Assembly: GCA_002269645.1 (NCBI GenBank) | Contig: NIVC01002529.1 | Location: forward strand, 99,798-163,797 | Origin: Macrostomum lignano | Lineage: Eukaryota | DNA length: 64,000 nt | Reading direction: 5' to 3' | In this document: positions 1 through 13,650 of the stretch, one piece after another | How positions within the stretch are numbered: position 1 is the stretch's first letter | How the letters are laid out: every line of letters begins with the position of its first letter | The notes under the pieces: generated by a model | Databases searched by the model: none | Told to the model about the DNA's origin: nothing | The model's input: only the letters and a program-made list of their open reading frames with translations | Position numbers and translations under genes: made by a program

Positions 1-111
1 GACTGGCTCTGAAACTCGAAAAGTTCTGAGCCTGTGTGGCCTCTGCAGCAAGATTGAAGTGCCTTCAGGTACAAGGGACCATGGACTGGGTCAGTTATGC
101 AGCTTAGCACT

Positions 112-1065
<954 letters not shown>

Positions 1066-2360
1066 GTGAGATGAGAAGTGCATAAGCGTTGGAAGAGTGC
1101 CCAGCAAGAGCTGAAGAGAATGCATAGATAGAGCAGGGAAGGGCATCAGCTGGAGCCTGGGGGGGGGGGGACAAAAGCAGTGTGTTTTACAACCCATCAT
1201 TTGTTTTCTCGCAGCCGATACCTAAAAGCAGAACGGAGTGAAGCGACGACAGAGAAGTATGATAAAAAGCCACAGATGGTTTTCGCTACGAAGAAGCAGT
1301 CACAGGGGGAGTGAGACAGCTGAGATGGGGTCGATGGGGAAAGAGGGAAGATTATGTGGATAAGCCACTGATTATTTCCTGAGGGGAAGGTTGCACAAGC
1401 GCCACTGTGTATTTTTGATACACACACTGGCACTGAAGCACCTTTGAACTGCTGGCGCCTTAGCAGAATTCACTGAGTCACCGCTCCCCCCATGAGAGTA
1501 TTCACGGCCTATACAGAAGCTCCAGCGACCCGTGAGGAAGCTGCATTAGTTTAAAATTTTGGTTCGGCAAGATAAAAAAGCCAGAACGCATTGAAAATAA
1601 ACAGGTGAAAATTCATAATTGAATCGGAGAGAGAAAGAGAGAGAGAGCATATTTCAGTGAATTGTGAGTGGATGAGAGTTGAACCGATTGAACTCATTGA
1701 ATGGATCAGGAATCCAGTACTTCACAGGCTGTATGCAATAATTTGTTCCCAGTGGAATAGTAAGCAGTATATTCTAATCATATCCGCCAAACCTGTCCGA
1801 TCCTAGCTCGCATTTCATGAATACAGCTTATAAAGATTTCTTAGATAGTTGAGGTTAACAAAAAAGTATGCCTTAGGGCTGGACTATAAGAAGTTCAGGT
1901 AAGACACGGTAGAGCATTAGCTCATTAAATATTAATTATCCCGTTGTTTCGTCTGCATAAGAAACGTTTCAGGGCGGCATGAGGTAAGCCAACAATCCAG
2001 CATTAGCGTTCTAAAGTCCTTGGGCTCAGGCTGCAGGTGGAGACCAGTAATTATCATAATTTATTCAGCTCTTGAGACAGCTCGAGTCTGAGGCAATTAA
2101 AAGCGGCCGTCAGGTTCCCCTCCCCCCTGCTATTCAGAACTCCCCTCCTAGTTCTGTTTTTTTTTCAGGTGGGCTTTTAGTGTTGCAGCACTGGGACACG
2201 AGTTGGTGAGAAGTTTTGCTGCATAAGTACAGCTTGAGACAGACAGGCCGGCTTCAACTGGGAGGCTCTGTTTTACCTGGGCCTCTTCTGCTCCATGTGC
2301 AATTATAGATACTAAAATGGGATACTTTCCATAAAATTACAATACAGCTCAGCATATCAG

Positions 2361-3150
2361 CTTCAGTACTCAATACTCTTCAGTACTCAACTCACTTCAG
2401 TACTCAACTCACTTCAGTACTCAACTCACTTCAGTAATAAACTCACTTCAGTACTCAACTCACTTCAGTAATAAATTCACTTCAGTACTCAACTCACTTC
2501 AGTACTCAACTCACTTCAGTACTCAACTCACTTCAGTACTCAACTCTCTTCAGTACTCAACTTACTTCAGTACTCAACACTCTTCAGTACTCAACTCACT
2601 TCAGTAATCAACTCACTTCAGTACTCAACTCACTTCAGTACTCAACTCACTTCAGTACTCAACTCACTTCAGTGCTCAACTCACTTCAGTGCTCAACTCA
2701 CTTCAGTACTCAACTCACTTCAGTAATCAACTCACTTCAGTACTCAACTCACTTCAGTACTCAACTCACTTCAGTACTCAACTCTCTTCAGTACTCAACT
2801 CTTCAGTACTCAACTCACTTCAGTGCTCAACTCACTTCAGTGCTCAACTCACTTCAGTACTCAACTCACTTCAGTGCTCAACTCACTTCAGTACTCAACT
2901 CACTTCAGTGCTCAACTCACTTCAGTACTCAACTCACTTCAGTGCTCAACTCACTTCAGTACTCAACTCACTTCAGTACTCAACATTCTTCAGTACTCAA
3001 CTCACTTCAGTACTCAACTCACTTCAGTACTCAACTCACTTCAGTAATCAACTCACTTCAGTACTCAACTCTTCAGTACTCAACTCACTTCAGTACTCAA
3101 CATTCTTCAGTACTCAACTCACTTCAATACTCAACTGACTTCAGTACTCA
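2361..3150. repeat. 17-bp minisatellite (CTTCAGTACTCAACTCA), ~46 copies
   Basis: The unit repeats with 17-bp period. It explains three overlapping STHFSTQ ORFs. Confidence 0.95.
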
Positions 3151-3420
3151 AGGATTTTATCCGGAACAGTTTTGAGAGGGAATATTGCACACAAGCCTGT
3201 CTCAAAGCAAGTTCTGCGAGCCAGTGCGAAGTAAATTAACGACATGAGGCCAATGCCAGAACACGAGTTCCACCCCGATTGCTGGTCTGAGGGAGCCTGC
3301 ATCTTCTCCATCATCTTTCACGCCCTCTCAAGCCTGTCTGGCTTATGCAGGCGCATGGCCAACCTTCAGCCAGCAACTCTTTTTCGAGAAAAAGTCGGAC
3401 AGGGAAAAGTGTAGGGAGAG

Positions 3421-3569
3421 ATGAGTGAATTGTGTTTCCTTGCGGTTTGCATTGGAACTTTTTTCATTCTTTGCGCGTGTGACGGAGAGTGCAATATAGG
3501 AATATATATTATAATTGAGCCCTCTCTGTCAATTCAACAGCAGTGCGGACACCTGCTGCAGCTGCGAGG
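3421..3569 (+). CDS. Tentative 5' exons (signal-peptide-like, Cys-rich) of the PPxY membrane protein gene
   Basis: ATG at 3421 opens the hydrophobic MSELCFLAVCIGTFFILCACDG. A possible 52-nt intron 3489-3540 ends in ttcaacag, followed by a micro-exon 3541-3569 (SADTCCSCE) and gttaag. The donors are weak, and the phase link to exon 5302 is unresolved. Confidence 0.3.
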
Positions 3570-3578
3570 GTTAAGTCG

Positions 3579-3986
3579 CTGGTGCAGGCGCCCCTGGTGC
3601 TGGCGCCCCTGGTGCTGGCGCCCCTGGTGCTGGCGCCCCTGTTGCTGGCGCCCCTGGTGCTGGCGCCCCTGGTGCTGGCGCCCCTGGTGCTAAAGCCCCT
3701 GGTGCTAAAGCCCCTGGTGCTGGCGCCCCTGGTGCTAAAGCCCTTGGTGCTAAAGCCCCTGGTGCTAAAGCCCCTGGTGCTAAAGCCCCTGGTGCTAAAG
3801 CCCCTGGTGCTAAAGCCCCTGGTGCTAAAGCCCTTGGTGCTAAAGCCCCTGGTGCTAAAGCCCTTGGTGCTAAAGCCCCTGGTGCTAAAGCCCCTGGTGC
3901 TAAAGCCCCTGGTGCTAAAGCCCCTGGTGCTAAAGCCCCTGGTGCTAAAGCCCCTGGTGCTAAAACCCCTGGTGCTAAAGCCCCTG
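3579..3986. repeat. 15-bp minisatellite (GGTGCTAAAGCCCCT / GGTGCTGGCGCCCCT), ~27 copies
   Basis: 15-bp period with two sub-variants in blocks. It explains the LVLKP, WCWRP and ALAPG ORFs. Confidence 0.95.
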
Positions 3987-4864
3987 TTTTCGATGCTATT
4001 TTACTGCACTTTATTCTCCGCTTCTCTGTATGAAATCCCTCGTGTGCCAGCTGAGCACATCGTGAAAGACAAAGCGATCTTATTTTGCCTAGCTGCATAA
4101 TTTCTCAACTGGACCGTGTCAGCGCGCGCTGAGCTCCTGAACTAACAGGGGGAGCCATAAAATACTATCATTATTCTACTGGCCACAAAATGCTACTATT
4201 AGTAATAAAAACAAACAGAGATTTAGGTATAAGAGAAATAAATATTCCTATTGCGCGGCGCCTGTGGCGACATCGTCCCACAACCAGCAGATATTGTACG
4301 CAATCGCGCTCACACAGGGTGCACAGCTGCCCTTCACCGCGCACGGAATCGAACCAGGGATCGTGGCTCCACTTTTCTCTGGAGAAATATCTGGGCGCTC
4401 ATATTGAGAATTTGAGCATAGGACATTTAGCTTGTAAAAAAGGCGAAAGAAAAAATATACGCCAGACTCCGAGAGAGTACGCAGTACAGTGTAAACAATC
4501 TCTAGGTAAACGGCCGTATTGTGCCATTGCTCAAGCAGAGACGGGTTAGAGAGATGGAGCAGCACAGAGTCCAATGAGATTTCTTTAAGCCCATATTTGC
4601 TATGCTTTACTTAACCCAACACACCATATTCAGCATGCTGAGAGTACAGATGAGTGGCGCAGGCTCTCGGGGGTATATGACACTGGCTCAATTGCTCTGA
4701 GCTCATCCACTAAGCCTGTTGCTACCGAGTTAGTTTCTATCCATCCAAACCAGCTGAATCTGCCTTCTCTGAGCATGGAGACTTGGGCGTAAGTTTAAAA
4801 TTTATATCTCTGCTATGAGTACTTTCATTAGAGAAATCTTTGGGGAAATGTGATGGAGACGTAC

Positions 4865-5163
4865 TAGTCATGCTAGAAGCAGGAGTGACCTAGACGGTGA
4901 CCTATAGTCATGCTGGATAGGAAACAGGAGGGACCTAGATGGTTACCTACAGTCATGCTGGATAGGAAACAGGAGTGACCTAGACGGTTACCTACAGTCA
5001 TGCTGGATAGGAAACAGGAGGGACCTAGATGGTTACCTATAGTCATGCTGGATAGGAAACAGGAGGGACCTAGACGGTTACCTATAGTCATGCTGGATAG
5101 GAAACAGGAGGGACCTAGACGGTGACCTGTAGTCATGCTGGATACGAAACAGGAGTGACCTTG
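4865..5163. repeat. 45-bp minisatellite, ~6.5 copies
   Basis: AGTCATGCTGGATAGGAAACAGGAG... recurs at 4906, 4951 and onward. Confidence 0.92.
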
Positions 5164-5301
5164 ACTGAGATCTGTGGAGTGAAAATTTCTGAGACTCATA
5201 TCAGGCGTCTAAGTGCATAATTTGCAATAAGTACAATATTTACCATTATGAGTGCAATCAATCGCTCCCATGTGTCAACTCCCAAACCCGCTGGCACCCA
5301 G

Positions 5302-6115
5302 CATCGCGGTCATAGTGGTTGGCTCTGTGTTCGGCTTACCTCTGCTGTTCGTTCTGGTCATGGGGGTGATCGCATGTTGCATCGGCTGCGTCGAGTGCAA
5401 GAAGGCGTTCTGCGGCGGCGGGAAGCCTCAGAACAGGCGGCGAGGCGCCGTGGCGCCAACGGGTAAGCGGCCTAGAATATCTAGCCAATTATAGCGATAA
5501 GAGACCGGTTTAGATAAGAAAACAGTCAGCCAAGCTACCCAATTTCTATTGGTCCTAATTACAGCCAATCAGCAATGAGAGAGTAATAGATAAGAGAGAA
5601 AACAGTCAGCCAAGCTACCCAATTTCTATTGGTCCTAATTACAGCCAATCAGCGATGAGAGAGTAATAGATAAGAGAGAAAACAGTCAGCCAAGCTACCC
5701 AATTTCTATTGGTCCTAATTACAGCCAATCAGCGATGAGAGAGTAATAGATAAGAGAGAAAACAGTCAGCCAAGCTACCCAATTTCTATTGGTCGGAATT
5801 GCAGCCAATCAGCAATGAGAGAATGGAAGAAAATGTATGCTGTATATTAAAGGTAACCAATAATATTCAGTTAGGCAAATCAATAGCCAATCAGAACGAA
5901 GAATCGCAGTTTCCTCTGCAAAAATCATTCTAGGCCAGTTTGCTATGCAGCCGCCGAGCTACTCGGAGTCTAACCCGCAGCGCCAGCGCGGCCCCTACCC
6001 GCAGGCGCCTACCGCCGACTTCATGATGTCGAACACGGCGTATCCGCCGCCGCCGCCATACGAGCCTCCGACCTCCGGTCAAGGAGCAACGGCTACAGAG
6101 CAACCGCGTTACTAA
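5302..6115 (+). CDS. Single-pass membrane protein with Cys-rich juxtamembrane region and PPxY motifs (Shisa/WBP1/VOPP1-like architecture), last two exons
   Basis: Exon 5302-5462 (cccag| ... ACG G|gtaag) encodes the TM segment IAVIVVGSVFGLPLLFVLVMGVIA followed by CCIGCVECKK. Exon 5934-6115 (tcattctag|, phase 1 compatible) encodes GQFAMQPPSYSES...AYPPPPPYEPPTSGQGATATEQPRY*. AATAAA lies at 6126-6131. Confidence 0.75.
5511..5825. repeat. 80-bp tandem repeat x4 containing ATTGG-N12-CCAAT (intronic)
   Basis: AACAGTCAGCCAAGCT recurs at 5521, 5601, 5681 and 5761. Confidence 0.93.
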
Positions 6116-6471
6116 TGGGATGTTAAATAAAACTCGACTGCTCTCTTTAATCCAACAGATTTGTCTTGAAAACTATTTTTCACAGAATTTTTACAAGCAT
6201 GGCAGTCATACCCGTTCCGCTGATCCCTGAGCATGCACACGGATTATTAATATTGTTAGCTTCTGAATGCTCAAAAGCGGATTTTTTAGAATCCGGTTAC
6301 TTACAGCAATCAATGCTTTCTGTACAAATTTCGGCAATCTTAAAACCGCCTGGCTACTTTTAGTAGTCAAGAATCTAAATTTATCGATAAATTGTATCAA
6401 TAAGCTATATATTAATAATAGATGACACTATTGACTTCCAAATAGATCATTTCAGAATGAGAAGACACACT

Positions 6472-7360
6472 TGTGAATACACAAGTGTGACACAATGCTG
6501 TGATACACAAGTGTGACACAATGCTGTGATACACAAGTGTGACACAATGCTGTGATACACAAGTGTGACACAATGCTGTGATACACAAGTGTGACACAAT
6601 GCTGTGATACACAAGTGTGACATAATGCTGTGATACACAAGTGTGACACAACGCTGTGATACACAAGTGTGACACAATGCTGTGATACACAAGTGTGAAA
6701 CAATGCTGTGATACACAAGTGTGACACAATGCTGTGATACACAAGTGTGAAACAATGCTGTGATACACAAGTGTGACACAATGCTGTGATACACAAGTGT
6801 GACACAATGCTGTGATACACAAGTGTGACACAATGCTGTGATACACAAGTGTGACACAATGCTGTGATACACAAGTGTGAAACAATGCTGTGATACACAA
6901 GTGTGACACAATGCTGTGATACACAAGTGTGAAACAATGCTGTGATACACAAGTGTGACACAATGCTGTGATACACAAGTGTGACACAATGCTGTGATAC
7001 ACAAGTGTGACACAATGCTGTGATACACAAGTGTGACACAATGCTGTGATACACAAGTGTGACACAATGCTGTGATACACAAGTGTGACACAATGCTGTG
7101 ATACACAAGTGTGACACAATGCTGTGATACACAAGTGTGACACAATGCTGTGATACACAAGTGTGACATAATGCTGTGATACACAAGTGTGACACAACGC
7201 TGTGATACACAAGTGTGACACAATGCTGTGATACACAAGTGTGACACAATGCTGTGATACACAAGTGTGACACAATGCTGTGATACACAAGTGTGACACA
7301 ATGCTGTGATACACAAGTGTGACACAATGCTGTGATACACAAGTGTGACACAACGCTGTG
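6472..7360. repeat. 26-bp minisatellite (TGTGATACACAAGTGTGACACAATGC), ~34 copies
   Basis: Highly homogeneous 26-bp period. It explains three HCVTLVYHS ORFs. Confidence 0.97.
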
Positions 7361-8828
7361 GATGAGTTGAAATTGAACATATATTCAAAAAAATTTCCAT
7401 CTGTTTTCCCAAAAGATTAGCATTTTGCATTAAAAATTTTGCACTCCTACTACTAGTAAGCGTGTGAAGATATTTTCATTCTCTTGGATCGGAAATGCCA
7501 GACTGTAGCCAAATATTTCAATACTATAGAAGAGTATGGAGACTCCGACAGCACAAAAAAGTGTGTTCGAGCTTCGAGTCCAGAGGAAAAGCAAGGATGA
7601 GGCGCAATGAGGCGCGCCGGGAGCCTGGGATACTCCCGCATAGGATTCCCCGAGCTTTGGGGGGGGGGGGGCTTGCGGGTGTTAACTGGCCATCAATAAC
7701 AGAGCGCTTTGCATAGCAAATGAGGGCCCCGGCCTGAGCTCCGGTCCTGGGGGGTTTTGTTGCCGGACCTCAAGTCGTCTGTTGGGTCTGCTCGGAGACG
7801 GAAGGAATCCCGGGAAGTCAGAGGTTTGGGGGCAGCAGCAGCAAAGGCATCGGCGAAGCATTTGCAATTTAAATTTACGACACATCTCTCCTCCCCTGAG
7901 CGGCGTCGGCCGCTGCGGCACACACAACACACGCTCGCGCGCAACACACCGATTTTGGCATTCGCGAAACTGTTGAACAGATTGCCGCGGGCTCTGTTTG
8001 ACAAATGCCCAAGGTGGCCAAGCATCTCCCATGAGCTCAGGGCGCAGAATATTTCCCTCCTCTATTCTATCTCTCCGCGATCGCCGCTACCCCCCCCCCC
8101 CCACGGGAGAGACTGGGGGTCACAGCGCTGGGGATTTGGGCTGAGCCGAGTTTTGTGCGACTGGGGAAATGGGATTTCTCGGGGATAAGATGGGATAGAT
8201 TACCAGGGGGGGGGGGGCAGTCGGGGTTAGACGTTGGGGATGGAGAAATTGAGAGAGGGGAAAAAAGCTGAACAGTCATGATGGGATAACAACGTCCAGG
8301 ATTTATCCTCCTTCTCAGCGCGCTTGCTGGAATTTCTTCCGAATCCCCCTTTTTTCTGTCTGTCTGTCTGTCTGTCTATCTGTCTGTCTAAATACGAAAA
8401 AATAAAGCAGCCAGCGGTGCCGGCTGTGCCCTCCATCCCCTATCTCAGATCCCCATGGCTCCGGCTCCCTTGGCCGGCGCTAAGAGTTTGCGGCGCCCCC
8501 CCCCCCAAGGCCTGATCGAAATTGGCACTTTGGTTCATTCTCCATGGGAGGCCCATACAGAATCTTCTAGCGTGTCTCCGCCCCAGCCGCCGCCTGACTT
8601 TTCATCAGCTCCGCTCCTAACTCAATCACCTGCTGCCCCGTCGCGCCACTGCGGCCCCCCGCCCAGCTTCCTGATGCAATTATTTCCCGATAACACCCGG
8701 AGGGCGGCCGGCAATCTTCTAATTATCCGCAAATCTGTCTGAGCAGCGCTGGCAGGATTTCGACTCCCAATTTCTGGATCTTCTGCGGCGCCGCCCTCCA
8801 CCCTCTTAACACCCTGGTGACTTGATTT

Positions 8829-8831
<3 letters not shown>

Positions 8832-8876
<45 letters not shown>
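8832..8876. repeat. (CT)n microsatellite
   Basis: Direct inspection. Confidence 0.95.
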
Positions 8877-8878
<2 letters not shown>

Positions 8879-9419
8879 TTTGGAGTGACTCCCCCCTCAC
8901 GAGGCGGGAGATAAGCAAGGCTGGATGAGAAGTCGAAAGATGAATAATGAGAAGAAGATTGATAAAAATGGGGAGAGCCGAAGCGGCAGCAGCAGCGACA
9001 GTTTTTGCCTTGAATGAAATCTTCTGCTTTTGCGACGAGGTTAATTCCTTCTGCCGCCCAGTCCAGATTTCGGTTCACGCGCCCCTGGGGGGGGGGGGGT
9101 GACGAGCCCAAAGGAAAATTGGTTGACGGCAAAAGCAAAAGCACTGAAAGAGAGGTGGCGACGAGAGAAAAGGTAGTGGCTGGGCGGGTGAGTCAAAGGC
9201 TTAGCGACCTGAGTCTACGCAACATTGAAAGCGGTGCTGCGAAGGGCCGATTTAAGGCGAAGCCTCTTCAAAGGGGAATCGGCTATCGGAAATGAGCGAG
9301 GAAAGTAGGGGCTTATTAAGGCATTAGCGGCCACTGATTCTCTGCCTTTTGTGTGCTCACAGGCAGCTCTGCAGATGGGAACAGGGTGGGATCTTTGAGA
9401 TTCTCAGTAGATACAGTGC

Positions 9420-10700
9420 GATCCATGAGATTCCCAACGATTTATCAGATCCTCAACAATCCATGAGATTCTCAACACCATCCATGAGATTCTCAACACA
9501 ATCCATGAGATTCTCAACACCATCCATGAGATCCTCAACAATCCATGAGATTCTCAACACAATCCATGAGATTCTCAATACCATCCATGAGATTCTCAAC
9601 ACCATCCATGAGATCCTCAACACAATCCATGAGATTCTCAATACCATCCATGAGATACTTAACACCATCCATGAGATTCTCAACACAATCCATGAGATTC
9701 TCAACACCATCCATAAGATTCCCAACACAATCCATGAGATTCTCAGCACAATCCATGAGATTCTCAGCACAATCCATGAGATTCTCAGCACAATCCATGA
9801 GATTCTCAATACCATCCATGAGATACTTAACAATCCATGAGATTCTCAACACAATCCATGAGATTCTCAACACCATCCATGAGATTCTGAACACAATCCA
9901 TGCGATTCTCAAAACAATCCATGAGATTCTCAACACCAATACACCATCCATGAGATTCTCAACACAATCCATGAGATTCTCAACACCATCCATGAGATTC
10001 TCAACACAATCCATGAGATTCTCAACACCATCCATGAGATTCTCAACACAATCCATGAGATTCTCAATACCATCCATGAGATACTTAACACCATCCATGA
10101 GATTCTCAACACAATCCATGAGATTCTCAACACCATCCATAAGATTCCCAACACAATCCATGAGATTCTCAGCACAATCCATGAGATTCTCAGCACAATC
10201 CATGAGATTCTCAGCACAATCCATGAGATTCTCAATACCATCCATGAGATACTTAACAATCCATGAGATTCTCAACACAATCCATGAGATTCTCAACACC
10301 ATCCATGAGATTCTGAACACAATCCATGAGAAATCCATGAGATTCTCAACACAATCCATGAGATTCTCAACACCATCCATGAGATTCTCAACACAATCCA
10401 TGAGATCCTCAACACCATCCATGAGATTCTCAACACCATCCATGAGATACTTAACATCATTCGTGAGATTCTCAACAATCCATGAGATTCTCAACAATCC
10501 ATGAGATTCTCAACAATCCATGAGATTCTCAACACCATCCATGAGATTCTCAACCATCCATGAGATTCTCAACACAATCCATGAGATTCTCAACACCGTC
10601 CATGAGATTCTCAACACAATCCATGAGATTCTTAACACCATCCATGAGATTCTCAACACCATCCATGAGATTCTCAATACCATCCATGAGATTCTCAAAT
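9420..10700. repeat. 21-bp minisatellite (ATCCATGAGATTCTCAACACC/A), ~60 copies with higher-order duplication
   Basis: 21-bp period with 18-bp deletion variants. The same order of variants recurs (e.g. ...ataagattcccaacac... at ~9713 and ~10140). Confidence 0.96.
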
Positions 10701-11224
10701 ATTATAAGAGTCTCATGAGTATGATCCACAGATGACGGACTTCTCAAACGCCAAGCTAAACTTCATCATTGGCCCTAAACTGGTCTATTGAGTCTCTAAA
10801 GTGTCTTTATTCTCTTGATCATCCCCCAGTCTTTCAGTCCCTGATGAGGCCTTCCAGCCTCTGTTATCCACTGTTGCATCTGGCGATAAGACAGAGAGAA
10901 AGGGGCCAGGGTGTGGTGTGCTCAACTTCAGAAGAAACTGCCCAGCGGAAATCAGTGAGCCGAAGCAGCAACAGCAGCATTCCCATCCCCAGAACTGGAC
11001 ACTTAATTTCGAATTCCGAGATCCGCTCTGAGATACGCTGAGACCAACAGCCTCCACCCCCCCCCCTGGCTCGTCTAGGCATTGTGCAGCTCAACTCAGC
11101 GTTCTCTTGCCGTCAGTTCCTTTTTGCTGAGGAATCTGGGTGCAGGTTTAAACAACGCATAAAGCAGTTTCTTGTAAACTCAACTATAGCAATTGCGGCC
11201 GGAAAAAGTAGCATATGCGCTCGT

Positions 11225-11620
11225 ACCTAATCCCGAATCCTAACCTAATCCCGAATCCTAACCTAATCCCGAATCCTAACCTAATCCCAAATCCTAACTT
11301 AATCCCACATCCTAACTTAATCCCACATCCTAACCTAATCCCAAATCCTAACTTAATCCCAAATCCTAACCTAATCCCAAATCCTAACTTAATCCCACAT
11401 CCTAACTTAATCCCACATCCTAACCTAATCCCAAATCCTAACTTAATCCAAAATCCTAACCTAATCCCGAATCCTAACCTAATCCTAAATCCTAACCTAA
11501 TCCCAAATCCTAACTTAATCCCACATCCTAACTTAATCCCACATCCTAACCTAATCCCAAATCCTAACTTAATCCCAAATCCTAACCTAATATCAAATGC
11601 TAACCTAATCCTAACCTTAG
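11225..11620 (+). repeat. 18-bp CCTAA-rich array (CTAATCCCAAATCCTAAC), left arm of a fold-back structure
   Basis: 18-bp period. It explains the LIPNPN and GFGIRL ORFs. Confidence 0.95.
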
Positions 11621-11718
11621 GTATATACACCTATAGCTATTCTTTGTCTACGGCCAAATTTGGAGGTCCGTAGCCCTGCGGTCCAGGCTCGATTCCAAGT
11701 GCAAGTTAAGTACAAGTG

Positions 11719-11945
11719 ATTAGGTTAGAATTTGCGATTAGGCTAGGATTTGGGATTAGGTTAGGATTTGAGATTAGATGAGGATTTAGGATTAGGCTAG
11801 GATTTGGGATTAAGTTAGGATTTGGGATTAAGTTAGGATTTGCGATTATGTTCGGATTTGGCATTAGGTTAGGATTTGCGATTAGGTTAGGATTTGGGAT
11901 TAGGTTAGGATTTGGGATTAAGTTACGTTTAGGGTTTAGGCTTGG
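11719..11945 (-). repeat. Inverted copy of the same 18-bp array (GTTAGGATTTGGGATTAG), right arm
   Basis: The unit is the exact reverse complement of the left-arm unit, separated from it by a ~100-bp unique spacer. Confidence 0.92.
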
Positions 11946-12867
11946 GTTGCAGTGTCGCAGAACCTTTAACGACTGTTTCTGCTTTTACATGCTTCCGACA
12001 CTGCGAAATTTCTAGCATTCCAGATTCCAACACCGACTGCATTAAGCACTGGAGAAAGAAGATCTTCACAGATTTCAGGGCAGCCGCTTCTATAATCAAA
12101 TCATTTATACGCAATTTCGACCGCGACGGATCTTCAGCTTAAAGAGCTGTCCAAAATTTTCTCGAACTTAATCCGTTTCTCTCTCTCTCTCTGTCTCTCG
12201 TGATTTCACGGGTCTTCTGCTAGTAGCAGCACAGCACAGAGGAGTGACGTCACAAACGGGACACACGACCGCTCTAATCCCAGAGGAGTAGGGGGAGGTA
12301 TGTGGCAAGAGGGGTTGGGCGATTTATAGGGTGGGAGAGAAGGGCCACTCGCAAGTGCTCGCTGAGGCGTGCGAGCGGGTTGAAGGGCACCTCGGTTGGC
12401 TGGTCACTCTCCTCGTGCAGGACCTGACAGACGTGGACAGAGACACACAACACACCCACACTCAGCAGATCTTGGAGCATTTTTATCCTCAAATTCTTTT
12501 CTTCTAAGCCAAAGCAGGCAGGGCTTGTGCTCCGCTCGGCTGTGCACACCACCAGCTCCCCGGGGGCTGTCTGGGGAGTGGGAAGTCGAGTGCACCACTC
12601 GGTCCATCTGTGACCTTTCGAATATTCTGAATATCGGGTCACTGAGGCGAAAGGATTTGGGGTGCTGGGAGCTGGCAGACAATAGGCAGGGAGGGTGGGT
12701 TCGGGCGGTGGCAGCAGGTGCGATGATTAGGGTTTTCTAATAGCAGAAACTGTCTCTACCGATATGTTGCGTATGAATAAATATCTGCAGTTAATCTGTG
12801 GTGCCGAAATATGGTATGATTGAAGGGGAGGTCAATGAGGTCAGCTGCCTCACCAACATTAGTAATC

Positions 12868-13268
12868 AGAGAGCCTCAGTGCTCTCACTGAGACATCAGA
12901 GAGCCTCGGTGTTCTCACTGAGATATCAGAGAGCTTCGGTGTTCTCACTGAGACATCAGAGACGCTGTTCTCACTGAGACATTCTGAGACCCTCAGTGTT
13001 CTCACTGAGACATCTGAGACCCTCAGTGTTCTCACTGAGACATCAGAGACGGTGTTCTCACTGAGACATCAGAGAGCCTCGGTGTTCTCACTGAGACATC
13101 AGAGAGCCTCGGTGTTCTCACTGAGACATCAGAGAGCCTCGGTGTTCTCACTGAGACATCATAGAGCCTCGGTGTTCTCACTGAGACATCAGAGACCCTC
13201 AATGTTCTCACTGAGACATCAGAGACCTTCAGTGTTCTCACTGATATATCAGAGAGCCTCGGTGTTTC
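12868..13268. repeat. 30-bp minisatellite (CTCGGTGTTCTCACTGAGACATCAGAGAGC), locus 1
   Basis: 30-bp period. It is flanked by a ~90-100 bp direct duplication (12760-12862 and 13272-13362). Confidence 0.93.
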
Positions 13269-13539
13269 TAGCGATATGTTGCGTATAAATAAATATCTGC
13301 AGTTAATCTGGGTATGATTGAAGGGGAGGTCAAGGGGGTCAGCTGCCCCACCCACATGAATCATGCGGGGTCATGTTCACCCTGGCGCAACGCCTTCGGC
13401 GACATCGCTGTACACTGACTTTCTCACTCTCTAACTTTCGTCAAACATGACATAAATGATTGAAATCGACTCAGGAATTGAGAGAGGAAAGGAGAGGTGG
13501 CTCTCACCTAGTGAGCTAGCACTCAATAAGCATGTACAC

Positions 13540-13650
13540 CTTCTGTGCCCCAGGAGTTGGCCCTCATGGTCCTAAATCGCACTACGGAATCGAACCAGGG
13601 ACCTTGGCGCGAGAGTCAAACGAGTTCACCGCTGAGCTGCGTTGCAGCTG
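13540..13650 (-). mobile_element. tRNA-derived SINE head / tRNA pseudogene
   Basis: The minus strand reads AGCTCAGCGG (A-box-like) ... GGTTCGATTCC (B-box) at tRNA-like spacing, with a mismatched acceptor stem. An 18-bp exact match lies at 4343-4360 and a downstream body match at ~16441-16468. Confidence 0.55.

Noticed and set aside
13575-13650. Functional tRNA gene
   Set aside because: The acceptor stem has mismatches and the anticodon arm is not well formed, so it is treated as a SINE or pseudogene.
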